A stretch of 64,000 nucleotides of DNA from the NCBI GenBank assembly GCA_964565945.1, contig CAZMGY010000012.1, positions 1,966 through 65,965 of the forward strand. The letters run 5' to 3'. Below, piece after piece: positions 11,476-20,786 of the stretch. Below the pieces are notes generated by a model, which had not been told where the DNA came from, made no database searches, and worked only from the letters and a program-made list of their open reading frames with translations. Numbering within the stretch: the first letter of the stretch is position 1; every line of letters begins with the position of its first letter. This DNA is from an uncultured bacterium. Lineage in GTDB: Bacteria; GCA-001730085. A program made the translations under genes and the position numbers.

Positions 11476-13686
11476 TTGTTGGAATCAGCGATTATGTCAG
11501 AAAATGAGGGTTTGTCTTCGGATGTTATTGATCGTTTAAACCCAAAGCAAAAACAAGCTGTGACACATGTGGGGGGGCCTTTGTTATTGGTAGCTGGGGC
11601 TGGTTCTGGTAAAACAATGGTGATCACCTGTCGAATTGCTCACTTGATTCAATCTGGACAAGCTAAGCCTTGGGAAATCCTTGGTGTGACTTTCACCAAT
11701 AAAGCAGCTGTCGAAATGAAGGACCGGGTGCGTCGCTTGACCGACCAAGATGTTTTGATCAGTACGTTTCACTCCTTGGGGGCTCGTATTTTAAGGCAAC
11801 ACGGAGATGTTTTGGATTTAAAAGAAGGTTTTGTGATTTATGATGTGGCTGACCAGACCACCTTGGTCAAAGAATGTTTGAAAGTTTTGAATATGAGCAC
11901 TGATAAGTTTAAGCCTTCGGCTGTGGTGGGTCAGCTTGGTCGATTAAAAGATGAGTTGATTGATCCTAAAACCTATGAAAACTTTGCCAGTGGTCCTTAT
12001 GAAAAAATAATCTCTCAGCTGTATCACTTGTATGAGGAACGACTTAAAGAAAACAATGCCGTTGATTTTTCTGACTTGATTATGCGCACGGTCCAGCTTT
12101 TTGGGACCGATAAGAAATTACTCAATCATTATCAAGAACGATTTCGTTTTTTGCTTGTCGATGAGTATCAAGATACTAATTACGGCCAATATCAGTTAGT
12201 GAAATTATTGGCAGACAAACATCATAACGTGTGCGTGGTGGGAGATCCAGATCAATCAATTTACAGTTGGAGGGGGGCCGATATTCGCAATATTCTTAAT
12301 TTTGAGCAAGACTATCCCCAAACCACGGTGATTAGTTTGGAAGAAAATTATCGTTCGACCCAAAATATTTTAGATGTGGCCAATCAGGTGATTGCCAATA
12401 ACGTGAATCGAAAACCGAAAAATTTAAGAACCTCGCGAGGACCCGAAGAAAAAATTCGCTATTTTCAAGCCAGTGATGGTCGTGATGAGGCCGATTTTGT
12501 GGTGCAACAAATTTGTGAACAACGAGCTAGTGGCGTGGCGATGGCCGAAATGGCTGTTTTGTATCGGGTTCATGCCTTATCACGTTCCTTGGAGGAGGCG
12601 TTTATTCGTGAACAGGTGCCTTACAAAATCTTAGGAGGTGTTAAATTTTACGATCGTAAAGAAGTTAAAGATCTCTTGGCCTATTTACGCTTTATTGTGA
12701 ATCCTGCTGATCGTATTTCGTTCAATCGTATTGTGAATGTTCCCAAAAGAGGAGTGGGGCCATCCACTGTGGCCAAAATTCAAGATTTTGCCTATGAAAA
12801 ACAAATCTCATTTGCCGAAGCTTTGAATATGTGTGATTCCATTCCTAGTTTAACCACACGCACGTTGAATAAAATCAGACCGTTTGTTTCGATGATTGCA
12901 TCGTTTAGAAGAGATTTGGAGGTCAAAAATCCTGGTGAGATTTTACAAGATTTGGTTGACCACATTGAGTACTTAGATTATTTGAAGATGGACGATCCTG
13001 TCAGTTACACTACGCGTCACGATAACATCAAAGAGCTTTTCGCGGCCATGGCGGAATATGAGCAAAGAACGCCAGATGGCGATTTACAGGGATATTTGGA
13101 GGAAGTCGCCTTGTTGACCGACTTGCAAAATCAGCAAAGTCAAGATGAAGTTATCGTTCTTATGACTATTCATAATGCCAAAGGTCTCGAATATGATGTG
13201 TGTTTTTTGGTTGGATTCGAGGAAGGTCTTTTTCCTTATGGGGCAACGGATAAGTCCGAAGATGAGCTCGAAGAGGAACGTCGTCTGTGTTACGTTGGGA
13301 TTACAAGGACCAAAAATCTTCTTTACATTACTTCGGCCATGCGAAGATTAATGTATGGGCGTTGGAAAAGTAGTATTGAGTCGCGATTTTTGTCCGAAAT
13401 TCCCAAAGAGCTTTTGGCTTGTGTGGGTGGTTCGCGGTTGTTGTCTTATGATGATGCCATATCCTCGGGAAAGAGTGGGGATGATTTGTATCCTTTGGAG
13501 TCACAGGTAAGGCAAGTTAGCGAATTTTATGTTGGGCAACAGGTGTTTCATGAAACATGGGGTGAGGGTCAAGTAGTGGCCACTGAAGGTTCTGAGGAAC
13601 ATTTGCGATTAAAAGTTCGGTTTTCGGGAGGCCTTGGGGTTAAAAACTTGATGGCTAAATACGCAAATTTATCAACTTTTTCCTAG
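11476..13686 (+). CDS. ATP-dependent DNA helicase, UvrD/PcrA family (SF1)
   Basis: 736 aa. Walker A 'AGAGSGKT'; motif II 'LLVDEYQDTN'; 'VGDPDQSIYSWRGA'; motif V/VI 'MTIHNAKGLEYD' and 'YVGITR'. TTG start preceded by a GGGGGA RBS. Confidence 0.9.
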   Translation: MLESAIMSENEGLSSDVIDRLNPKQKQAVTHVGGPLLLVAGAGSGKTMVITCRIAHLIQSGQAKPWEILGVTFTNKAAVEMKDRVRRLTDQDVLISTFHSLGARILRQHGDVLDLKEGFVIYDVADQTTLVKECLKVLNMSTDKFKPSAVVGQLGRLKDELIDPKTYENFASGPYEKIISQLYHLYEERLKENNAVDFSDLIMRTVQLFGTDKKLLNHYQERFRFLLVDEYQDTNYGQYQLVKLLADKHHNVCVVGDPDQSIYSWRGADIRNILNFEQDYPQTTVISLEENYRSTQNILDVANQVIANNVNRKPKNLRTSRGPEEKIRYFQASDGRDEADFVVQQICEQRASGVAMAEMAVLYRVHALSRSLEEAFIREQVPYKILGGVKFYDRKEVKDLLAYLRFIVNPADRISFNRIVNVPKRGVGPSTVAKIQDFAYEKQISFAEALNMCDSIPSLTTRTLNKIRPFVSMIASFRRDLEVKNPGEILQDLVDHIEYLDYLKMDDPVSYTTRHDNIKELFAAMAEYEQRTPDGDLQGYLEEVALLTDLQNQQSQDEVIVLMTIHNAKGLEYDVCFLVGFEEGLFPYGATDKSEDELEEERRLCYVGITRTKNLLYITSAMRRLMYGRWKSSIESRFLSEIPKELLACVGGSRLLSYDDAISSGKSGDDLYPLESQVRQVSEFYVGQQVFHETWGEGQVVATEGSEEHLRLKVRFSGGLGVKNLMAKYANLSTFS

Positions 13687-13789
13687 AAAAAGAGAAAAAA
13701 AAGTGCTTTATTTTGAGATGGGCGATCAAAATATGTAATAAAATATTATGATTATAGGAGGATCAATGCTGCTTTAATTAATTTTATTA

Positions 13790-14137
13790 TTGTTTAATGT
13801 GTTGACATTATTTTCTTTCATATGCTACATAATTAACGAAGCTTATAACACAAGCGTTGTTAACGAAGTGATGGCGAAGGAGGTAATGATAATGATACGC
13901 GGCTTATTCAGATTGATTATAGAATTGGTTGTTATCGTTGCTGTTGCCACTTACTTTGATTTTGTTAAGCCTTATGATATTCAAAATTTTTTTGAGTCTG
14001 AAGATTACCGCGGGATGATCTTCTATTCTAAACAGAAAAAATATAATCAACGTAAGCGGCGAAGAGAGCAGCGTAACCCATCCTATAAAACTCAAACTAA
14101 TTTTGAACGAAAGTTGAAAAATATTTTTCTTGGGTAA
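13790..14137 (+). CDS. Small hypothetical protein with one hydrophobic helix and a basic tail, in an AT-rich gap
   Basis: 115-aa ORF in a low-GC 700-bp intergenic region. No motif. Could be non-coding. Confidence 0.2.
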   Translation: MFNVLTLFSFICYIINEAYNTSVVNEVMAKEVMIMIRGLFRLIIELVVIVAVATYFDFVKPYDIQNFFESEDYRGMIFYSKQKKYNQRKRRREQRNPSYKTQTNFERKLKNIFLG

Positions 14138-14237
14138 GCCCTTTTCTGCGTAGCTATTTTCAATGATTTTTTTTGTGTTAAGGAGATAAACTATTGCTAT
14201 TCTTTAGAGAGTGGGTTAGCATGGGGACTCATTTTTT

Positions 14238-14311
14238 GGGGCTGTGGCGCAGCTGGAAGCGCGTCTGAATGGCATTCAGAAGGTTCAGGGGTTCGAACCC
14301 CCTCAGCTCCA
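14238..14311 (+). tRNA. tRNA-Ala (anticodon GGC)
   Basis: Hand-folded cloverleaf: acceptor GGGGCTG/CAGCTCC with a G3:U70 wobble (Ala identity); D-stem GCGC/GCGC; anticodon stem TCTGA/TCAGA with loop ATGGCAT; T-arm AGGGG-TTCGAAC-CCCCT; discriminator A. CCA is not encoded. Confidence 0.8.
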
Positions 14312-14380
14312 AAAATACTTTTCAAATTTTAGAGTCTTTAGGCTATGATGAACGACATAGTCACATGAAGGATCGAAAAA

Positions 14381-15460
14381 ATGGATTTTAAACATTTATT
14401 GGAAACTATGGTTCAGAAAAAAGCATCAGATCTGTACCTTTTGGTGAGTAATTCGGCTGTTTATCGGATTGAAGGACGCACAGCAACATTCGATATAGAC
14501 TGTATATCTGCAGTATGGATGGACGAAGTGCTGCTAGAATTGTTGAGCGATCAGCAAAAGCAAAGTTTTGAAGTGCACAAAGAATTAAATTTTTCCTATA
14601 TGTTAGTCGGGGAGCGTTTTCGTTGCAACTTGTATATTCAACGGGGCTTGAAGGCGATGGTGATTCGTCATGTGACATCCAATGTTCCGACGATCAGCTC
14701 TTTAGGTTTGCCAGAGATGGTTAATGAATTAGCAGATCAAAAAAGTGGATTGGTGCTGGTTACGGGACCGACTGGCTCAGGTAAATCGACAACATTGGCT
14801 GCCATGCTTAATCATCGGGTGCAGAGGGGGTCAGGTCATGTTGTGACGATTGAGGATCCGATTGAATATTATTTTAACTCGGGGCAAATGTTAGTGTCGC
14901 AAAGAGAGATAGGTATTGATACGGAATCGTATCCGACGGCGTTACGGAGCGCTTTAAGGCAGGCTCCCGACATTGTTTTAATTGGAGAGATGTTGGATCG
15001 CGAAACCGTTGAAATGACGATTAATTTTTCCGAGACGGGTCACTTGGTGATGTCGACCTTGCATGCCACAAATGCGACACAAGCGATTCAAAGAATTTTG
15101 CAGTTTTTTGAAGAGGATGAGCAAGATTTAGTTTGTCTAAGATTGTCTTTGAATCTAAAGGGAGTGCTTAGCCAAAGGTTGTTGCCCAAAGAGAAGTGTA
15201 CTGGTCGTGTGCTGGCATACGAATTGATGGTACTTTCGGCGCGCATCCGAGACTTGATTGTTCGAAGGGATTTGTTGAGTTTGAAAAAAGTGGTTCAGCA
15301 GGGGCAAAACGATGCTATGTTTACCCTGGATGAGTGTTTGCTTAAACTGTACCGCGAAGAATTAATATCGCGTAAGGTTGCTTTGAGTCATGCGGATAGT
15401 CCGAATAACTTGGAGTTGCGTATGAAAGGTTTTGAATCAGGATCGATTTATAGTGGATAA
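14381..15460 (+). CDS. pilT: Type IV pilus retraction (twitching motility) ATPase, PilT family
   Basis: 359 aa. Walker A 'GPTGSGKSTTLAAM'; 'VTIEDPIEY'; 'LIGEMLDRET'; His-box 'GHLVMSTLHATNA'. This is the PilT/PilU secretion-ATPase architecture. Confidence 0.85.
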   Translation: MDFKHLLETMVQKKASDLYLLVSNSAVYRIEGRTATFDIDCISAVWMDEVLLELLSDQQKQSFEVHKELNFSYMLVGERFRCNLYIQRGLKAMVIRHVTSNVPTISSLGLPEMVNELADQKSGLVLVTGPTGSGKSTTLAAMLNHRVQRGSGHVVTIEDPIEYYFNSGQMLVSQREIGIDTESYPTALRSALRQAPDIVLIGEMLDRETVEMTINFSETGHLVMSTLHATNATQAIQRILQFFEEDEQDLVCLRLSLNLKGVLSQRLLPKEKCTGRVLAYELMVLSARIRDLIVRRDLLSLKKVVQQGQNDAMFTLDECLLKLYREELISRKVALSHADSPNNLELRMKGFESGSIYSG

Positions 15461-15477
15461 AAAGGAACATTAAAAAA

Positions 15478-15933
15478 ATGATAAGAGAATGTACTCAGGA
15501 AGATCAGTCAAAAATTTTAGAATTTATTCAAAACATTAATCAAAAAGGATATTTTGACACAAATCGCCCCTTTCGATACGAAGATATTGAAGATATATCA
15601 CAAACTTATGGAGGTTCAAGAGACGTTTTTTTATTGCTCGAAGATGAAGAGGGGGAATTGGTCGGTACGATTGCGCTTAAGGAAGATAGCGAGCAGGTTG
15701 GTTTGCTTCGGCGTTTGTTTGTTTGCCGTAACCAACGTAAAAAAGGCTATGGTCTTCGTCTGATGAACTGCATCTTTGAAAAGGCACGTGACTATGGATA
15801 TCAAACACTCAACTTTCGTTGTACAGATCAAATGATTGCTGCAATTTCTTTAACCCTCAAAAAAGGTTTCTTCGAAAAAGAATCCCTTGATGTAGGGACT
15901 TGCTGTGTTGTTGTTCTAGAAAAAAAGCTTTAA
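15478..15933 (+). CDS. GNAT-family N-acetyltransferase
   Basis: 151 aa. Acetyl-CoA-binding motif A 'LFVCRNQRKKGYGLRLMNCIF'. Confidence 0.65.
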   Translation: MIRECTQEDQSKILEFIQNINQKGYFDTNRPFRYEDIEDISQTYGGSRDVFLLLEDEEGELVGTIALKEDSEQVGLLRRLFVCRNQRKKGYGLRLMNCIFEKARDYGYQTLNFRCTDQMIAAISLTLKKGFFEKESLDVGTCCVVVLEKKL

Positions 15934-15961
15934 AAGTTATTGAAGATTTTTTTGAGAGCTA

Positions 15962-15988
15962 ACCCAGTAAATTGGGGGTTTACTGGGT
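15962..15988 (+). terminator. Perfect 10-bp stem hairpin (ACCCAGTAAA-ttggggg-TTTACTGGGT) downstream of the GNAT gene
   Basis: Perfect inverted repeat 29 nt after the stop. No trailing U-tract, so a role as an intrinsic terminator is uncertain. Confidence 0.35.
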
Positions 15989-16164
15989 GTACTGACGTAC
16001 GCTTAGCTCTCATGTGTGCTTTGAGGGTTTAATCTTATGAAAAACAATCAAAAACTAAGATCAAACTCTCAAGCTTCCTTTCTAGGATATCATATTTCGC
16101 TTTTATTGTCAATTGAAAAATATTAGTTTTTATTATTTTTTATGGGATGCTCGCAAATTTGTGC

Positions 16165-16193
16165 TTGACCTTTTTGAAATGTATTGATAGAAT
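16165..16193 (+). promoter_or_regulatory. sigma70-like promoter for the nqr operon (-35 TTGACC, 17-nt spacer, extended -10 TGaTAGAAT)
   Basis: TTGACC at 16165-16170 and TAGAAT at 16188-16193 with a TG at 16185-16186. Lies 68 nt upstream of the nqrA ATG. Confidence 0.5.
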
Positions 16194-16260
16194 GTACGCT
16201 AATTATTTACATAAGATACTGTAAACAAATAACTTAGAAGAATCGAGGTTCGGTGTTCCA

Positions 16261-17613
16261 ATGGCACATTTTTCAATAAAAAAGGGAAGAAATCTCAAAA
16301 TATTGGGTGGGGCAAAGCCGGATATTAAGGATCTGGGTACTCCTTCGTCTATTGCTGTGTATCCTTTGGAGTTTAAAGGTATTAAGCCGCGGGTGATCGT
16401 CAAGGAAGGAGATCAGGTTGAGCAGGGTCAAGCTATCATTGAAGACAAAAATGATACTGGTGTTGTTGTTGTCGCTCCTCTTGGAGGGAAAATCCAGGCG
16501 ATCAATAGGGGAGAAAAAAGATCCCTTATTAATGTTGTGATCTCGGTGGATGCTAAGGCATCCCGTGTGTCGCATCAGGTGCCCGATGAAAATGCTGATT
16601 GCGCACAATGGATTGAGGTCCTTAAAGCCTCGGGTTTGTGGACGATTATTCGTCAGCGGCCTTTTTCTAAAATTTTAGATTCTCAAGTTAAACCAAAATC
16701 AATCTTTGTAAAGGCGGTTAACACCGAACCTTTGGCTTTGGACTTAGATGTGGTTCTTGATGGACAAGACGAGGTGTTTCAAGCTGGTTTGCGGGTTTTA
16801 CAAAAGTTAACGACGGGAGCTATTCATTTATGTTATTCGAACGAAGCTAAATCGACAACACTTCTGAAAGCTGAGGGTGTTGAGCACCATACGTTTTCAG
16901 GGCCACATCCTTCTGGTAATGTGAGTGTTTTTGTTAAAAATATTGATCCGATTAACAAAGGTGAGGTGATTGGCTTTGTTGATGCTCAAGACGTGATCCG
17001 TTTAGGGCGTTTTGCTCAAGAAGGAACTTTTTCTTCTGATAAAGTTTTTGCTGTTGTAGGTGAAGGGGTGGATGACTCCAAACGTACTTATGTGAAAAGT
17101 ACTGTTGGAGTGGCTCTTGTTGAGCTTTTGCAAGATGCTAAGAAATCAGAGGTTCACGTGTATCTTTCGGGCAGTGTTTTAACTGGTTATCCCGTAGGTT
17201 ATGAAGGCTATGCACGCTTCTATCATTCCCAAATTCACGTATTGCCCAATGAGCCCCAAAGAAAGTTGCTCCGATTCTTTAGAGCGGGCGTTGATGAGTA
17301 CACCTTTTCTAAAACCTATGTCGGGGCTTTTCTTGGAAAGCAAAATCAAGAATCATCTTTAGATAGTTCCATTAATGGTAGTGATCGGGCTATTATTATT
17401 AATGATATCTATGACAAATATATTCCTTTGGACATTTACACATATTTCTTGCTCAAAGCCATCTTTGCTGGTGAGTGGGATGAAGCCGAAAACTTGGGCT
17501 TGCTGGAATGTGACCCAGAAGATTTTGCTTTGGCTTCGTTTGCGTGCCCGTCCAAAACAGATATTGTGGGTATTATTTCACATGGTCTAGAAGTTATTGA
17601 AAGAGAGGGCTAA
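16261..17613 (+). CDS. nqrA: Na+-translocating NADH:quinone oxidoreductase subunit A
   Basis: 450 aa. First gene of the six-gene nqr block. N-terminal 'IKKGRNLKILGGAKP' is typical of NqrA. Confidence 0.9.
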   Translation: MAHFSIKKGRNLKILGGAKPDIKDLGTPSSIAVYPLEFKGIKPRVIVKEGDQVEQGQAIIEDKNDTGVVVVAPLGGKIQAINRGEKRSLINVVISVDAKASRVSHQVPDENADCAQWIEVLKASGLWTIIRQRPFSKILDSQVKPKSIFVKAVNTEPLALDLDVVLDGQDEVFQAGLRVLQKLTTGAIHLCYSNEAKSTTLLKAEGVEHHTFSGPHPSGNVSVFVKNIDPINKGEVIGFVDAQDVIRLGRFAQEGTFSSDKVFAVVGEGVDDSKRTYVKSTVGVALVELLQDAKKSEVHVYLSGSVLTGYPVGYEGYARFYHSQIHVLPNEPQRKLLRFFRAGVDEYTFSKTYVGAFLGKQNQESSLDSSINGSDRAIIINDIYDKYIPLDIYTYFLLKAIFAGEWDEAENLGLLECDPEDFALASFACPSKTDIVGIISHGLEVIEREG

Positions 17614-17616
17614 TTC

Positions 17617-18771
17617 ATGAAGTTTTTACAACAACAGTTGGCCAAAATAGAAAAGCACTTCGAAAAAGGACGTCCTTTAGAACGGTTTCTTCCTTTATTT
17701 GAAGCGGTGGATACTTTTTTGTTAAGTCCACCACACAAAGCTAAAACAGCACCTTTCGTGAGAGATGCTGTTGATTTGAAAAGAACGATGTCAATTGTGA
17801 TTATGGCTCTTATTCCTTGTGTTTTAATGGCGATGTACAACACGGGCTTTCAAATGCTCACTTATTCGGGACAAAGTCCCGACCTATTCTCCTCATTGAT
17901 AACTGGAGCGATCAAAATCTTGCCGATTATTTTCGTTTCCTATGCTGTGGGTGGTTTTGTAGAGATGATTTTTGCACTTGTACGTAAACATGAGATTAAC
18001 GAAGGGTTTCTGGTCACAGGGATGCTGTTTCCACTCATTTTGCCTCCAACCATCCCTTTATGGCAGGTTGCTGTTGGGATTGCTTTTGGTGTGCTGATTG
18101 GTAAAGAGGTGTTTGGTGGAACGGGTATGAATATCCTTAATCCTGCTTTAACCGCCCGTGTTTTTCTTTTCTTTTCCTATCCTGGAAACATGTCGGGGGA
18201 CAGCACGTGGTTGGCTGTCGATGGATTGAGCAAAGCGACACCTTTGTCGGTGATTGCTAATGCCGAAACGGGTACCACGGCTGTTGATGTTTTGCAGCAA
18301 GCTGGCTATACGTTTAGTGATATGTTGTTGGGATTGATTCCTGGATCTATTGGAGAGACCTCGGCTTTGGCATGTTTGTTGGGAGCAATCTTGCTGATTG
18401 TGACAGGGGTTGGAAGTGCGCGCATTATGTTTGGCTGCTTGTTTGGAACCCTTGCGATGAGTGCTTTTCTGATGTTGTTTGATGCTAGCAATCCGATGCT
18501 AACGATTCCTCCACACTTGCATCTAGTGATGGGTGGTTTTGCCTTTGGTATTATTTTTATGGCGACCGATCCTGTTTCTGCCTCGGCGACACCGTTGGGA
18601 CGCTGGATTTATGGTATTTTGATTGGTATTTTGATTGTGTTAATTCGTGCCGTTAATCCTGCTTACCCTGAAGGTGTTATGTTGGCGATTCTTTTTATGA
18701 ATGTCTTTGCGCCACTGATTGATCACTACGTGGTGAAAGCGAATATATCAAGGAGGCTTAAACGTGTCTAA
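17617..18771 (+). CDS. nqrB: Na+-translocating NADH:quinone oxidoreductase subunit B
   Basis: 384 aa polytopic membrane protein of the RnfD/NqrB family. Begins 4 nt after nqrA. Overlaps nqrC by 8 nt. Confidence 0.9.
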   Translation: MKFLQQQLAKIEKHFEKGRPLERFLPLFEAVDTFLLSPPHKAKTAPFVRDAVDLKRTMSIVIMALIPCVLMAMYNTGFQMLTYSGQSPDLFSSLITGAIKILPIIFVSYAVGGFVEMIFALVRKHEINEGFLVTGMLFPLILPPTIPLWQVAVGIAFGVLIGKEVFGGTGMNILNPALTARVFLFFSYPGNMSGDSTWLAVDGLSKATPLSVIANAETGTTAVDVLQQAGYTFSDMLLGLIPGSIGETSALACLLGAILLIVTGVGSARIMFGCLFGTLAMSAFLMLFDASNPMLTIPPHLHLVMGGFAFGIIFMATDPVSASATPLGRWIYGILIGILIVLIRAVNPAYPEGVMLAILFMNVFAPLIDHYVVKANISRRLKRV

Positions 18772-19483
18772 AAATTCAAATACTTATACTTTTATGTTTG
18801 CAACAGTCGTATGTGTGGTTTGTAGCTTCTTGTTGTCTTTTCTGTCTGCGTCACTCAGGGATCGTCAGGAATTGAATGCCGAAGTGGATATCAAAAAGAA
18901 TATTCTCAAAGCGGTTGATTTGGACCGTCCTTTGCATGCGAAAGCTAAATCTGATGATATTTTGCTCACGTATGCGGCCAAAATTGACGAAATTGTGGTG
19001 GATGATCAAGGACGGATTGTTCCCGATAAGCGTCCTATTGAGGTTGACTTTGAGAAAAATACTCATCTGATGCCTTTGTACATATACAAAGAAAATAGTC
19101 AGGTGAAAGCTTATTGCTATCCTATTTCTGGCAAGGGGCTCTGGTCGACCTTGTATGGTTATTTCGCTGTTGAGCCCGATGCAAAAACCGTCAGAGGGAT
19201 CACTTTTTACAAGCATGGAGAAACTCCTGGTCTTGGAGCCGAAATCGATCAAGCTTGGTTTCAGGACAACTTCAAAGGCAAATCAATCTGGTTTCAAGAG
19301 TCTAACTCCATTTATCCTGTTGCCGTTGTTAAAGGAAAAGTTAAAGATGTTTATTCGGGTGAGAAAGTAACTCACTATGTGGATGGAATTTCTGGTGCCA
19401 CAATCACATCCAATGGTGTTACGGATCTCTTAGATGTTGCTGTCCGGAAATATGAACCGTTTTTTCAAGCAATTCGAAAATAA
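18764..19483 (+). CDS. nqrC: Na+-translocating NADH:quinone oxidoreductase subunit C
   Basis: 239 aa. N-terminal membrane anchor. FMN-attachment motif 'VDGISGATITS'. Confidence 0.9.
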   Translation: MSKNSNTYTFMFATVVCVVCSFLLSFLSASLRDRQELNAEVDIKKNILKAVDLDRPLHAKAKSDDILLTYAAKIDEIVVDDQGRIVPDKRPIEVDFEKNTHLMPLYIYKENSQVKAYCYPISGKGLWSTLYGYFAVEPDAKTVRGITFYKHGETPGLGAEIDQAWFQDNFKGKSIWFQESNSIYPVAVVKGKVKDVYSGEKVTHYVDGISGATITSNGVTDLLDVAVRKYEPFFQAIRK

Positions 19484-19507
19484 ACGATGTATTGAGGAGT
19501 TCAAAGC

Positions 19508-20140
19508 GTGAATTTTTTGTTAGATAAAAAAGATAAAAAAATCATTAAGGATGCTCTGTGGGATAATAATCCTATTACTCTGCAGGTGCTTGGAATTTGT
19601 TCGGCTTTGGCGGTCACAGTGCAGTTAAAAACTGCCTTAGTGATGTGTATGGCGCTTACGGTTGTACTGAGTTGCTCGAATGTGATTATTTCTCTTTTGA
19701 GGAATTTGATTCCTTCAAAAATTCGGATTATTGTGGAGTTGTCGGTGATTGCCTCTTTGGTGATTTTGGCCGATCAGATTCTTAAGGCGTATATGTACGA
19801 AATGAGCAAGCAACTGAGCGTGTTTGTAGGTCTGATTATCACCAACTGTATTGTAATGGGGCGTGCAGAAGCTTTTGCGATGCAAAATCCACCTCTTAGG
19901 TCGTTTTGGGACGGCTTCGGAAACAGCTTGGGGTATAGTGCCGTGCTTATTTTGGTGGCATCTGCGCGTGAAATTTTCGGTAGTGGAACTTTGTTAGGTG
20001 TACAGATTATTCCACAGTTCTTGTATGACCTAGGCTATCTTAACTCGGGACTTATGTTGTTGGCACCTGGGGCGTTTATCATTTTAGGTATTATCATTTG
20101 GATCCAGCGATACTTTTCTGGCCATACGGAGGATCACTAG
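19508..20140 (+). CDS. nqrD: Na+-translocating NADH:quinone oxidoreductase subunit D
   Basis: 210 aa hydrophobic protein of the NqrD/RnfE family, located between nqrC and nqrE. Confidence 0.9.
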   Translation: MNFLLDKKDKKIIKDALWDNNPITLQVLGICSALAVTVQLKTALVMCMALTVVLSCSNVIISLLRNLIPSKIRIIVELSVIASLVILADQILKAYMYEMSKQLSVFVGLIITNCIVMGRAEAFAMQNPPLRSFWDGFGNSLGYSAVLILVASAREIFGSGTLLGVQIIPQFLYDLGYLNSGLMLLAPGAFIILGIIIWIQRYFSGHTEDH

Positions 20141-20142
20141 TC

Positions 20143-20751
20143 ATGGAGCATTTTTTAAGTTTAGCTGTCAAAAGTATTTTTGTTGAAAATATTTTATTAG
20201 CCTACTTTTTGGGGATGTGTTCCTTTTTGGTGTGTTCCAAAAAAGTTGAAACGGCGAGTGGGTTGGGGATTGCTGTGATCTTTGTTTTAACGATCACTTG
20301 TCCAGCTAACTGGGCCATTAACCATTTTATCTTGAAAAAGGGTGCTTTGGCTTGGGCGGGTTTTTCTGATTTAGATTTGAGCTTTTTGCAACTCATCACG
20401 TGCATTGCCGTGATTGCGGCGATGGTTCAGATTGTTGAAATGGTCATTGACCGTTATTCGCCGGCGCTCTATGCCTCTCTTGGTATTTTCTTGCCTCTGA
20501 TTGCGGTGAACTGTTCGATTTTGGGAGGTTCTTTGTTCATGATTGAGCGAGAGTATACGTTTGCTGAGTCTTTGGTCTTTGGTTTTGGAGCTGGGGTAGG
20601 ATGGGCATTGGCTATTGTAGCGATGGCTGCTATTCGTAAAAAGCTATGGTACTCCCATGTTCCTGTGGCCTTACGAGGTTTAGGTATCACCATGATTCTT
20701 ACTGGATTAATGGCGATGAGTTTTATGTGTTTTGCTGGAATCAATTTATAA
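20143..20751 (+). CDS. nqrE: Na+-translocating NADH:quinone oxidoreductase subunit E
   Basis: The ORF track start 20098 overlaps nqrD. The canonical NqrE N-terminus '[29 protein letters not shown]' begins at ATG 20143 with a GGAGGA RBS at 20130-20135. This gives 202 aa. Confidence 0.9.
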   Translation: MEHFLSLAVKSIFVENILLAYFLGMCSFLVCSKKVETASGLGIAVIFVLTITCPANWAINHFILKKGALAWAGFSDLDLSFLQLITCIAVIAAMVQIVEMVIDRYSPALYASLGIFLPLIAVNCSILGGSLFMIEREYTFAESLVFGFGAGVGWALAIVAMAAIRKKLWYSHVPVALRGLGITMILTGLMAMSFMCFAGINL

Positions 20752-20786
20752 AAACGAAATAATAATGAAATAAGGGTGCTAAACTT

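Noticed and set aside
13687-14380. Possible integrated mobile element at the tRNA-Ala locus
   Set aside because: No integrase, transposase or phage genes, and no obvious att-like direct repeat of the tRNA 3' end. Flanking genes (uvrD, pilT) are housekeeping. Kept only as a low-interest AT-rich island.
15554-15763. 69-aa + strand ORF in an alternative frame inside the GNAT gene
   Set aside because: Fully nested within a gene that has a recognisable acetyl-CoA motif. No independent support.
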